A stretch of 63,155 nucleotides of DNA, counting the filler. It is 14 parts of 14 records of this genome, joined end to end, with 100 filler letters (N's around TTAATTAATTAA, not from the genome) between each part and the next. Parts side by side here need not be neighbours in the genome. Positions count along the whole stretch, not along the records: positions 21,533 to 26,056 come from SRR15195285_1972; positions 26,157 to 29,162 come from SRR15195285_1973; positions 29,263 to 33,080 come from SRR15195285_1978; positions 33,181 to 36,815 come from SRR15195285_1979; 10 more parts are not named here. One strand, 5' to 3'. The notes under the pieces are model-generated. The model was not told the DNA's origin. It saw only the letters and a program-made list of their open reading frames with translations, and did no database searches. Positions 21,586 through 33,595 of this stretch are shown here, piece after piece (position 1 is the first letter of the stretch; the number at the start of each line of letters is the position of its first letter). The position numbers were made by a program, and so were the translations under genes.

Positions 21586-24500
21586 CGTTGTGGACAGCAC
21601 ACCCGCGCGAATATTCGTGCGGTACAGCGGGCACTGGTAGTCGCTTTCCGGTGGCGTGAAGTTCTCAGCCGGCAGGAAGTGAATGTACGGCAACGCCTCC
21701 TGCGGAATGCCCGGCTTGGAGGGCTGCAGCGTCATGGTCTCCTCCGACCATCGCGCCGCCTCTGCAATTCGCCCAGAACCGCACACCGAATTCGGCGCGG
21801 CAAGCTCAGAACAGTGGACAGCACAAGAGCGAGCCCATGGCCGGATGGCGTCGGGACAGCGGCGGAGGGCGCGAAGACGTTGACTCACCGATGAAGAGGC
21901 CTCTCACGTAGCAGCCATCCTCAGGCGGTCCGTCCACTAGGTCCTCGTCGCTCGTGAACTTCGTGACCACAAATGCGAAGTCAATGGCATCGATCTGTCA
22001 CAGCATAGCATCACACCCGAGTCAGACTACCATTCAACACTTGAAATCAAGAACGCTTGCTCATCGAAGATCGTGTCTCACCGGAATGAGGTGCTTCCGT
22101 GCGTGCTTCTGCAGCGCGCCCGTGAGGAAGCCCTGCGTGAAGAAAATGAAAGGGAGGCAGATCGAGGTTGGAACTCCATTCTTGTTCCAGCCGTGCATGA
22201 AATCCATTCGGGCCTGTTGCCACAAACAGACGAAAACAGAGCACACGTGAGCGAGGATGCACGCGGATGTGATATTCGCCTGGTGCGGTCCTCACCTCTA
22301 GGTCTCGGTACCAAGACGCAAGCGGCTTGAGGGAGGGATAGCCCGCTGTCATCCACAGCTCCGGTACCTTGTTGGATAGCAGCGCGTCAAACATCTGCAG
22401 GGACAACACCGACGGCGATGAGTCAGAGTACGCAAAGAAAAGTTAGGCTGTGTGCCACGGCACATAGCTGTGCTGTGATTTTGAACTATGTGCTCACAGC
22501 TTCAAGGTCTCCGCTCATCACGATCAACCCCTTAATTGCTTTGCGTAGCAGCCCTAACGAGCGTCTCAGCACAGCTAGCAATCCATTGAAGCGGTCCACC
22601 TCCTGCAGCAACACTGTCGCGAGAGAGTCCATCTGGCCTGTCTCCGGGTCACGATCAAACAGTCCCGGCGAGCACTCCTCCATATCGAGGTTGGCCGGCA
22701 TCCGCCCCTCCATGTCCGCCGCCATCGCGTCCACTAGCTGCTCAGGCGTCGCGGCTTCTTCGTCCGTCGACGTAACGCGCGGCTGGATCCCTAGAACGGT
22801 GTTGATTATACGGTCCGTCTCGGAGATGTTGTATGCGACCAGCGCATTATCGTGCATGCCGAAGACCTCCGGCTGCTCCTCCATCGGCAGGCCACGGATG
22901 TACGTCATCATATCCGCCAGCGTAATGCTCTCGTCTCCAGGCGCGTAGTAGTGCCCGGAATCCGAGTATTTGTAGGTCGCGTCGAGCACAGATGGTACGT
23001 AGTACTGCTCCAAAATTGTCATCAGGCAGCGCCGATCCTGATCGTCTGTGACACGGCCCCCGTAGTTGATCATGCCTGTCACATACACGAGGGACTCCCA
23101 AGGCACCTCGTCCTGTTCGTCGAGGAACATCTTCAGTGTCGATTTCGAGCAGTCGAGGTCAGATGCGTTGAACTCGTACTTGACGTTCCAACCGAGTGGT
23201 CCGAACTTGCGGCGCTCCTGGATCATGGCGTGGAAGAACGACAGCGAAAAAACCAGCTTCTTCCAGGGGCCCGGCTTCGAGCAGCTTTCGAAGTACTCCT
23301 CCTTCATCACACCTAGTGTGCCGATGAGATTCGCGCGAACACCCTTCGGTGGCTCATTTGTCAACTTGATGGATGACTGCAATGTGGCAACCGGAAAGGC
23401 TGCGGAAGGCATTGACATGAGCCAGAGCCGGAAGTCCTCGTGCACTGCTGGGACAGTGACGCCGATATCCTCTATCAATTTCTCCATCCTGGGCAGCCAA
23501 GATGTCGCGAGATGGCAATTCTGCAAGCAGACCCAGTCGCCGTCCTTCTTCGCCTTGTCTATTAGGGCCTCTGCCTTCGGCCCCTGCCCCTGGCCGAGCG
23601 AGATGATGTGCAGCTGCGAGACGTGCTTGTCTGGGTCTTGGTTGTCAGCGTAGTCCAGGAGCATGCCTGTCGGGTCGGCACCCACAGAGAGAATGAAGAT
23701 GACGGGCACAGTCGGGCTCGTATCCTTGAAAATATCAGCAAGCTTGAGAGGCGGCACCTCGACATAGCGCTCGTCTAACCTGTTTATCACGTACTCCGCG
23801 ATGCCAAGCGACAGCTTGTCCGGCTTGAGAACCTTGAGGAGCAGCAATTTCTGGAAGGGCGTGAGGAAACGAGGGTTCGGTACCTCTTCCACGTAGTCCT
23901 CGCTGCCAGGCTCTCCAGACGCCGGTGTGAGCGGCGTGGGGTCACCCCATTCGTTCGGCAGTGGTTCTTTGTGTGGTTCGAAGCTCGAAAACCAGGCTTT
24001 CCACTCGACCACGTTCGTGACAAAACTCTCCATGAAGCCTTCGAATGGGCCTTTTACTATGATCTCGAGCGCATTCAGCAGCTCCCAGTTGACTGGTGAG
24101 ATCCAGTCCGATCCAGGATTCTCCCCGACCGGGATCTGACCCGCCATTGCGCCAGCACCGCGCAATAAAAAATTCCACTCCGAGAACGGAATATCGCCCG
24201 CGTGCCGCATGATGGACGCGCAGATGAGGAACGAGTAGATCAGACGATGCTCGCCAAACAGACCTCGCGAAACAGTGAGGTAGACGAAATATGAAATGTA
24301 ATCGAGCAAGGTCTCCAGTCGTTCTTCAAGCACATCCGACTTGTCAGAGACCACGAGACAGTACTCAAACAGGGAAGAGAAGTAGCTAAGTGAGTACTGG
24401 TACATGGGGTCCAAGCGCCCGAGGTCGGAAATTACGAAGTAGATCAGCGATCCGCGCGTAGCGACGGTACGATAGCTCTCGCGCGTGAAATTGATCTCCT

Positions 24501-26056
24501 TTTCCGTCTGCTGTGCCTCTTGAACACGGGTCTTGATAACACCAGAGGTGAGCTTGGAGTTGTTGAGCGTATTGATTAGCGGCTCGTTGTCGAGCACGTT
24601 TCCTTCGGACGTAGCGAGCAGGTGCAGTGTCTTATCTTCAAGCTCCTTCAGCTGCTTAGCATCCTTCGCCATCGACACCACCAGTTTTGACTTGGCCTGC
24701 TCAAGGTCGGGGCGTTCCTTGCCAACCACTGCGCCGAGCAGCTGATCCTCGAGACCGGACATGGTAACCGTGAAGTTGATAAGTGTCACCTTGATGCAGA
24801 GCTCCGGCATGTAGTGTGGGTTAGGCAGCTTCGAAGTCATGTAGAAACGGAAATTTTCGTCGTAATCCACATCAGTTTCGCCCAGCCGCAAAATTGAGCG
24901 GCCTCCCTGCTTGACCACCGCTTTTAAGAGCACCGGCTCCAGCGCTGGATCTACATCCTCGCCAAGGTCCTCACATAGCACTGGGCAACCAATCCGGATG
25001 GCGCCCTCCAGCACGCGCAGGAAATTGGGGTCTGACAGCTTGATAAGCTTGATTCCAGCCTGCTGCTCCATATTCTTGATCCAGTTGTTAGCCTGCTGCT
25101 GCGGGTCGATCATCAGCGGCCAACGCTTGGCACGTGTCACGAGAATGCCATTCTCTGTGGACAGTGCATCCATAGGCAAGCCCTCAAGCTGCCACTGCCG
25201 TATGTCCACATCGTTACCCATGATGCCAGGTAGCGAGAATACATCGGAGCATGGGATGCTCTTCTCTACGCAAGCATCACGCCAGATCGTGGTCACCTTC
25301 TCGCGGTAGACCGAGTCAAAAGCTCCGAAGTATGACACACACGAGGCTGACAAAAATACATCGCCCACAAGCAGTGTAATCTGATTCTTGTATACCTCGA
25401 CCGTCTCAGTCCAGCGCACCTTTTCATCGCCTAGCGCGCCAGTCAATATTCCTGCGCGCTGCAAACGATCCTCCGTCAGCTTGGCCTCGGCCTGCAGTCG
25501 CTCCGACTCATCCTGTGCCTCCTTGAGCTGCGCCTGCAGCGCCTCTACCTTGGCAGTTACCTCCGCAAGCGTTGCCTCCTTCTCTGCAAGAGCATCCATC
25601 ACAACCTTGAGCTTAGCCTCGGCCTCGGCCTTCGCTTGCTTCTTCGGCTCAACAGTCTTCGCCACACTGTGGTAAGTATCCATAGCTAACACCCACATGC
25701 AGAGCGACTTCGCAGCCTTGGAGACGCGGCCAACAGAGTCGGGGGTGAAGTCCTCGTTGGTCGCGTACTTCTGTAGCTTCTTGATCTTTGACTCGGCGAT
25801 GTTATCCTTGTCAAACTCGAACAAGCTGGGTAGGAATTTCACATCACCCATCATCTTCTTGGCGCTGTCCCAGTCAGTCTTCTCGCCCTTCAAGATGCAG
25901 ACCGCCTCGAGAGTGGTTTGCACCAGCGGCGGAGGCTTGGCGAATGACTTAATCTCCGTAATATCATTCTTGTTCAGCGCACTCAGCGCGGATACAGCTG
26001 CGTCTAGAGCTGGCAGCGCCTTGTCCAGGTCTGCCTGTGCATCGTCGGCGATGACC
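21586..26056 (-). CDS. Axonemal dynein heavy chain, C-terminal half (stalk/MTBD, AAA5, AAA6, C-domain); inner-arm type, truncated at both ends
   Basis: RWPLMIDPQQQANNWIK, INFTVTMSGLEDQLL, ISLGQGQG, WVCLQNCHLA, ERRKFGPLGWN, NYGGRVTD, YPSLKPLASW, YQCPLYRT...GVLSTT; several introns in 21586-22495. Confidence 0.97.
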
Positions 26057-26156
26057 NNNNNNNNNNNNNNNNNNNNNNNNNNNNNNNNNNNNNNNNNNNN
26101 TTAATTAATTAANNNNNNNNNNNNNNNNNNNNNNNNNNNNNNNNNNNNNNNNNNNN

Positions 26157-27032
26157 ACGCCATGAATGGTCTGTATGGCGTGGCGAGAGGAGTGACCGAC
26201 TGCAGCATCAAAGATGAGACTGCATCAAGAGCACCGGCGACCTCCACTCCACCACCTTCCGCCGCAATGATCATATTGGGAAGCATTAGCTGCTCGATCG
26301 CACTGTGGAATATCGGCAGCCAACTAGCCACTGGCATCCCAACGCGTGCTGCTTGGGAAAATACGGTGCAGAAAGAGTTGCCATTCAACCACGAGCGATC
26401 GTTTTCCAGCGCGTTGATTGCAGTCTGAATCAGATCGAGCGGAGACGCGAGATTGATGACCTCCGCAGGAAACACGCTCCAGACTTCGACGTCCATAATG
26501 CCTGCAATGCGAGCACAGAGGTACTAACCTCGACGTCAACCGGCGAGTCTGAACTGAGCTCGGCTACCATAGTGTTTTCGTCCGGCGCGAGGTAGACGCG
26601 CACTGATAGTGTCGTCCCCGACAGCGACATAAGCATGTTAACGACACCAGACGAAATGTGCTGCTCCGCGCGAAAAGCCGCCCGCAGCACGTTCCCCAGC
26701 GGCAACTGGGGGATGCTGATAACCACCTTGCCGAGGCCTAGGCGTCGTGGGAACGCCGGAGACGGAGGAAGGAAAGACGCATTGGCCGAGTAGTTCGTGC
26801 GCAATCCCCAAAGTTGATTGAGGCCTAAATACAGGGTGATCTCGCCTGTCGAAACATTTGCTGCGATGCTGACTCCGAGGTCACCATTGCCCAGATATGG
26901 GCTGCCAGAGAAGGCACCGATCGCAACATTATCCGCTGACGCAATCGAAGCGTTCCACCTCGCGACGTACTGCTGCACTGGGTGTCCGCACGAGTCGGCC
27001 AGCAACCACAACAGCATCAGGCAGCGCCCCAT
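26157..27032 (-). pseudogene. GH95-like glycoside hydrolase with frameshift and apparent large internal deletion
   Basis: Signal peptide MGRCLMLLWLLA and N-terminal PYLGNGDLGV motif; frame switch near 26500 goes straight to C-terminal motifs VFPAE, NSF...QAARVG, GGGVE, SLMLQS. Confidence 0.5.
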
Positions 27033-27593
27033 GGCGAACACGGGAAGTGAGAGCTGATACTGAAGGTGTCTGCTGTCTCGGCGCGCTGCCTGCCCGACTA
27101 ACCGGGCGCGCCGTTCCGCCGAGGGAAGCGTAGCCCGCGCGCGCGCTGACGCCGCGGCGCCGCGCGCGCGCGCGGCGCGGCCGGCATGATCGATGATGAT
27201 ATGCACTTTCGATAAACATGAGTATTAGGAATTTAGGATCCATGGATCCTACTGCTTTTTCTCGCAGATTACTAGTACCCCGTAAATTAGCATTGCCGTT
27301 CAGACTCCGTCTGCGCACTGAATAGTGAATTCTGACCCAGCCCGTTCGTGAGTTCAAGTTCATGTCGGGATGTCTGTTGTCTCATTGTCTCTCGATCGAC
27401 TCGAGCAGTACCCGGCCGGTATTACAGTTGAAAATTCGTTGAGATGAGACGGCGCCGCTGTGCACGCATGCCATGGTGGCGCAGCGTGGGGGCGCTGGCA
27501 TGCCGCAGTGCTGACGGTGGAGACACGAACGGCTGCACATCGGTGGCCAGGGCGCCGCTCTGCCACTTGCAGTGAGGGGGCCTCCGCGTGGCG

Positions 27594-29162
27594 ATGGATG
27601 AGGCGTACGGCGGGAGTGGAGGGTCGCTTACCCGCGAAGCCGCGTTGGACGAGGATGCGGATGGGTATGGAGAGCCGACACGCTGGTCGAGGTCTTGGTC
27701 GCGGGAAGAACACCCCGAAGCGCTGCAGCGGTACGTGGATAAGATGGTGCGGCAGAATAAACAGCTGAAAGATGAGCTGGCCCTTGAGCGTCGCTCCTTG
27801 CGGCAGATGGAGGCCGCTCTCGAGCGCGAAGAACAAGCCATCGAGGAGATGCAACATGAGTTGCATGAGTTAGAAAGCGAGCATTGCCCGGTCTGCCACG
27901 ACATGGTCGCGCATGAGGACATTGATCGGCACATGGATGCTTGTTTGCATCACCTGACAGTCCACGTCGCAGACGAGGTCCAGCAGATGCAGATGCGCAG
28001 GGAGGGGCGGCGCCTGCGACGGTCCTTGTCGCCGTCCGCCGAGCGGAGCCCGTCTGGTTCCCCGATTTTGCATGAACCACGACTAGCAGCGGCGGTTGGC
28101 AGCGAGTCGTCAGAGTCCTGGCTGGACCTGGACGGCCCAGACGCTGGCCTTGCTGGGGAACAAGGCGGTGGACTGCTAGCTGTAGAGGAAGTTGAGAACG
28201 CACGAGTGCGCTCGACGAGCAGAGCGCTCCGCAGCGTAGGGTCTGGATCGAGAGCTCGAACCGGAAGGCGAGCAGAGTCGCCGCCCGACTGGCACGCGCA
28301 ACGACGGTCCACCTACACTCCACAGAGAGAAAGTGACAGCTCGCAACGATCGGGTGAACACTCCATGCGGGTGCGTGATGAGCGTCATCGTGGCTCGTTA
28401 GTCTTATCCTTTGCAGATAGGCCTCGGTGATGCGTGCACGCTAAATGAATGTCTGGTTCGTCTGTCGCTGTACCTGCATTCTTTTGCACAGTGGCTTAAC
28501 GGTCATCGGCATACGGCCGTCACGTTGGCCATTATGAAGAAGGGCCTGAAGCTCCTCCATGCAGACCCCGTCGCAACACCGCACGGGGTAAGCTCAGATA
28601 AACACAGATCCTACTGCCGCTGCAAGCGCTGCTGCCTCTGCGGCTCGCAAAGTTCGTCCACGCCTTGAAATGTGTCTCATAGCGAGCTGCTGAAGCATTT
28701 GTGCCTGACCAATCCCGCTCTCTCCCTTCTTGGAATGTCGCAGTCTGTTTTGAGAGAAATTGGCCGATGGAGTTACCAGCGCATTCTTCAGTGGACCGTT
28801 GCTGGCGACTTGCTCACGCTCCGCGTAAAGCCATTTACGCCGCAGCAGCCTGTGACTTGGAACCTCAAGTCTTCACATGTTGACTGTGAAGCAATTGCTA
28901 AGCAGATCGCGAGCTACGTCAGCGCAATTGTGCATGAAAATCGGTCGGCAAAGGCGAACCAAAGGTTTGTTGCCAACAAAAGAATGCCCGGATGTGCCAC
29001 ATCCCCGCGGCGCGCCAGCAAAACTCCTGTCCGCGATCGTGCCGATGGGAACAGCCGGTGGCATCGGACCGAAGAGTCGAACTTTGAACAAGAACTCGAC
29101 GCACGAGAGTCGACGTTAGCACAGTCACCTCGGCCAGAGCCGGAGCCGGAGCCGGAGCCGGA
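27594..29162 (+). CDS. Coiled-coil + UBZ4-like zinc finger + FERM-C/PTB-like domain protein, spliced, 3' truncated
   Basis: CPVCHDMVAHEDIDRHMDAC; spliced VTLAIMKKGLKLL...RWSYQRILQW...CEAIAKQIASYV resembles a PH-like FERM F3 lobe; ends in a (PE)n repeat. Confidence 0.6.
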
Positions 29163-29262
29163 NNNNNNNNNNNNNNNNNNNNNNNNNNNNNNNNNNNNNN
29201 NNNNNNTTAATTAATTAANNNNNNNNNNNNNNNNNNNNNNNNNNNNNNNNNNNNNNNNNNNN

Positions 29263-32200
29263 TGTCTTGATGGTGATTGATGGCGAGGTTCTGTCTGCTC
29301 ACGTTGCCGAAGCATTTGTGCGCTGTGTTGCAATCGGCTTTTGCGAGCTTCCGTGATTCGGCTCGAGTCAGTGCCACCAGCTGCTGCAGGCTGTTGCTTC
29401 TGGTGTGACTGGAACTCTCGCAACTCCCTGTCCCCCAGTTCTCGCTGCCTTAGCACCTCATCCTTTCTCCTTTCTGCCAACTCCTCCTTCTCTCGCTGAA
29501 AGTCCTCCATTTTCCTACGCAGCTGCTGTGCCTTCCCATCTGTAGAGCCCGCCGGCAGAAGCTCAATGCCTTTCTCAACCAGCTCCAACGCCTCCTCAAT
29601 ATCGCCGCCCTCGAACGCAGCAACTGCTTCTTCGTACTTGCGTCCAGCCGTATGTACCGGCAATGGCCGCTGCTGTCCAGATCTTCGGGGCACACCATGT
29701 GCTCCTTCTTCCACACGTGTCCTGTGTCCTGCTTCGGTGTCGCTAAAGGACACCTGCAGGTCTCGTCTATGCTGGCGATCGCCTGTAGAATTGCGTGACA
29801 CGCTCTCACGTGTTTGCGGCTCTTCTCGTGACCCTGCGTTCCTTGACGAGCTAGGCGAGGCTGCGCGGGTAGACGGCGATTTCTTGCTGGTACCTGGACG
29901 ATGAAGAGCGCGTCGCGATGTACGTATTCGCTGTTGGAGTTCTTCTTGCAGCCGCTTGCTCTCGCCTCCCCAAGGCTGACCCAGCTGCTGTAGCGCGTGC
30001 TTGAGCGTGTCGTCTGCTCTTGCATGGTCGTGAATTTTCTGCCAACGGATGGCATCATCAAGCAAGTCCTGCGTGCTGCGGATGATCTGCTTCTGATAGT
30101 TGGATTTCGGCGGCACTTTGAAGTTGTGGCCCGTTGGCGAGGTCGATAAATCGTGCTTGCTAATAGCTGTTGAAAACTGTCGCCGCGGGGATGCCTGTCT
30201 CGCGCGCCCATCGCCAGTGGCATCTCGTTCAGGACTAGCACTGGCACGACCACGCGCTCCTCCACGGCGTCTTCTTGTTTGGGCCCTGCGCAAGAGTCGC
30301 TCCGTGGAGTCCAGCATCTCTCGGGCCGTCTTCAGCCGCATTTCGCGTTCGGACATTTGTCCAGTGTCGGTCGCTCCTGACGCTTCTGTCGCCGAAGTTA
30401 AACCTCTTCGGGTAGTGGCCAGCGGATGCGCCACTGTCGCCTTCAGACCTGTTCGGCTTGGTGCCAATGCATGCTGCGTTACCGAGGGGTTCCATTTTGC
30501 CTCTCCTCCCCGCCCCGGCGAGGCATACACGCGGCCACGGCCAGGGCGCGACTCAGCAGCAACAGCGTCCCACGACTTGCTGCTAAGCTTCTCCTGCATC
30601 ATCTGACATTCCAAGCATGCAGCACGAACGTCCAGCAGTAGCTGGTGCTGCTCCTGCTGCAGCTTCGTCATCTCTTGCTGAAAAGTAGCTATCGCTTTGC
30701 GCAGTTTCAAAACCTTCCTATCTGCAGAGCCCTCGAACGCCGGCGGCATATTGTCTTCTGATGCCTCAATCAGCTCCAGTGCCCGATGATCATCGCCACG
30801 ATTGAACGCCTCTACAGCAGCTGTGTAACTCCGCTCAGCCAAATCTACCGCTTGCGGCTGCCGGGCTCCGGCTCTTTGCCGCCGCATTTCCGTTGGATCA
30901 GCCGTCTCATAGAGGGCGGCCACCTGTCTCATGTGTTTCCGCCACCCAGCATACACCTCCCGTGTGCGCGTAATCGTGCCCTCTGGGCTCTTCAGAACGT
31001 CATCCAGGAGGTCATCCAGCTCCTTCTTGCGATCTTTCTGCCGCTTACTCTTCAGAGATACCTGCGATGGGCTCGCCGCTTTCGACGCTCCAGCTTGCTG
31101 CAGCAGCGTGTGGCTGCACGCCTGGCGCTTCCTCTGCAGCAGAGCCGTCATGTCTGCACACTGCTTGTCGTCGGCGTGCACTTCCTCAAGGATCTTCAGG
31201 GCAGCGTCGTACCGTCGCAGCGCTTGCGCAAAGTTTCGCTGGCGCTCTAGGACTAGCCCTTCTTCCTTGTTTAGCTCTGCTCGCGCATACGCGTCTTGGA
31301 TCTGTCGTCGCCTCGTTGAACCGCGGCGCGGCGAGCCAGCTGTAACTCGTTGCGGGCTGAATCTGGTGAGAGCTCGAGCGCCTTGTGGCGAGCGTGCTCG
31401 GGGCGAAGGCAATCGACCACCTGTTTTCGTAACGGGATCTTTCGAAAAGCGACCAGCCGCCTGCCAGTCGTACTCCCAGTCGCGCTGCCGCGCGCTACGT
31501 GCCTGCAGCTCGTCAGATAAATATCTTCGGGGCACCGCCTTCAATTTCGCTTGGATCAAATCAGTCAACTCTTGGCTCGCGTGGTCCCAGGGCAGACCCA
31601 GCAGGTGCAGTGCACTCTCTAGCAGTGTCATGGCGCGCTCAGACTCCAGTGGGACTGGGTTGCAAAGACACACCATGGCTTCGTCGTACTTACGCTGTGC
31701 CTTCGCCAGGCTGACCCGCCTGAGCGCAGGCTCAGGCTCAGGTCGCCACGAGGATGCTGCTGGTGGAGCGGCGGCAACTGTCTGGCGCTGCTCAAACGGC
31801 GGCGATTCTTCCGCGCGGTGCCAAAACGGGGATGTGTCTGAGAGCTCCGCTTCTGACAGCTCGGGATCCCGGAAGCCGTTGGGCTCTGGCGCAGCTGCGC
31901 GCTCCCGATGCACGGTCGAGCTCGAGCCGTCCGACAGGTGCGCTACGGAAAGCTCTGGGTCCTGCTGCTCGAGCGCCAGGCGCGCGCCACTTGCTAGCGT
32001 CAGTGTGAGCAAGTCGATGAGATACCGCTTCGGGCTCGCCATGTCATCGACCGCGGCGAGCGTCTCCTCGTTCACGTACCGCATCTCCCTGGCGCGAGCT
32101 TTGAGCGCCTCGACGCTGAGGCTTCCCAGCTCGCCACGATGCGTGGAGGCCGTCGATCCCTTCTCCGACTCGCTGTGCTCGGCCAGCGTCCATTCCTCAT

Positions 32201-32450
32201 CGCTGGAGGACGTCAGAGGGAAACGTGCTTGCCGTCTCCGCTCTGGAGAATTCCTCCAGCTCCGGCTGTGATGCGCCTCAACCTCCGGCTCCGGCTCCGG
32301 CTCCGGCTCGTGACCCAGCCACCACCGCTCGTCGTCCTCGTGCAGCGCGCTGTGCTCCATCCCCCCTTGTCCGTGCCTTCCCAAGGCCGCCGCCGATCTA
32401 GACACCTGTTGGTCCCTACTGTCACTTCCCGGGCCTCTGTGGCGTCGCAT
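29263..32450 (-). CDS. Large low-complexity protein with dispersed TPR/MIT-like helical modules; 3' truncated
   Basis: ORF of more than 1000 codons; modules such as RKYEEAVAAFEGGDIEEALELVEKG and RSYTAAVEAFNRGDDHRALELIE. Start is 32450 or 32360. Confidence 0.65.
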
Positions 32451-32621
32451 CGCTGCAGTCAATCTCCCACTCACTCCGAAATCGCACCGTGTGAGCGAGT
32501 ACGAGCGACGTCATACACAGTGTACACGGGACGGATCGACTGGCGCTGCCGAACAAGACGCGAGGAAGGCAGCGATCTAAGCGCAAGGCTGCAGCCGAGG
32601 GACCACCACCACGACCAGAGG

Positions 32622-32981
32622 GCTGTTGATCGGCTTGGCGTTGGAATCGATGGAAACGACCGCTCACGGAATCCTCCGGCGCTTGAGCCGGTGCGCCTGA
32701 CCAGTAGTGACCAAGGGCAGTCGTCGGGTACTGTAAATTTGCATAGACTTGCATCATCGTGGACAGCAAGAAGGCTCAGCTCTGCATGAGCAGCGAGGTC
32801 ACCACCATCGCCACCACCCACTGCGATAGAGCGGCTGAGAACGGCTGTTTCGGCAGCTCGTCAGTCAGTTGTATGTGGGCCGGAAAACAGGGCGGCCACT
32901 GTCCACCAGCCATAGTATGGCCTGTTGATCGGCTTGGCGTTGGAAACGACCGCTCACGGAGCCCTCCGGCGCTTGAGCCGG
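32622..32981 (+). repeat. ~65-bp imperfect direct repeat (32622-32690 and 32922-32981)
   Basis: CTGTTGATCGGCTTGGCGTTGGAA...ACGACCGCTCACGGA..CCTCCGGCGCTTGAGCCGG occurs twice. Confidence 0.9.
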
Positions 32982-33247
32982 GCCTGGCTCAGAACGGATG
33001 GTCATCCACTGGAATTCACTAGGACCTACCGGTACTATTTGGTGAATTCTTGTGAATTCTGAGGCTGATTCACAAAACATNNNNNNNNNNNNNNNNNNNN
33101 NNNNNNNNNNNNNNNNNNNNNNNNTTAATTAATTAANNNNNNNNNNNNNNNNNNNNNNNNNNNNNNNNNNNNNNNNNNNNGCATAAGGGCCTTATGCCCG
33201 GTGTCACAACCGTCACAAAGCGGACCAGGGAATATTACGCACCCCCC

Positions 33248-33273
33248 TGGTGCCAAAGTCGACTTTGGCACCA
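33248..33273. repeat. Perfect 26-bp palindrome
   Basis: TGGTGCCAAAGTC|GACTTTGGCACCA. Confidence 0.95.
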
Positions 33274-33444
33274 AAGCCAGGCTGGCACCAGGTATACGAA
33301 CTCCCGATAGTCAACCCTGTCCGCGAAGTTCGAAGTTCCAGGGCCCACGTAATCCCCCCCCCCCCCTTCTTTTTTTTGGGTGTTGAAAAAAAAACTCAAT
33401 CGAGGTGTGTGGTGGACTGCATAACATTCCCCTGGCCAGGGTGC

Positions 33445-33480
33445 CGATCGAACATGCGATCGAACATGCGATCGAACATG
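33445..33480 (+). repeat. 12-bp tandem repeat x3
   Basis: (CGATCGAACATG)3. Confidence 0.95.
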
Positions 33481-33595
33481 GTCATGCATGCGATCGAATT
33501 GAATTTCGAATGGGAAATGAGAAATGTCGATGGCCGCCGGTAGCGGCTAGCTAGCGGTCCAGCAGCACGTGGTGTCGCTGGAGGCGTTGGGCGCG

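Noticed and set aside
30931-32271. Long antisense or overlapping ORFs (also 33551-34765, 46597-47517, 1683-2570 and others)
   Set aside because: Shadow ORFs expected in GC-rich coding DNA; the opposite strand carries the recognisable protein.
32622-32981. Direct repeats as a possible CRISPR array or LTR pair
   Set aside because: Only two copies, 300 bp apart; no spacer series, cas genes, TG..CA ends or retroelement ORF.
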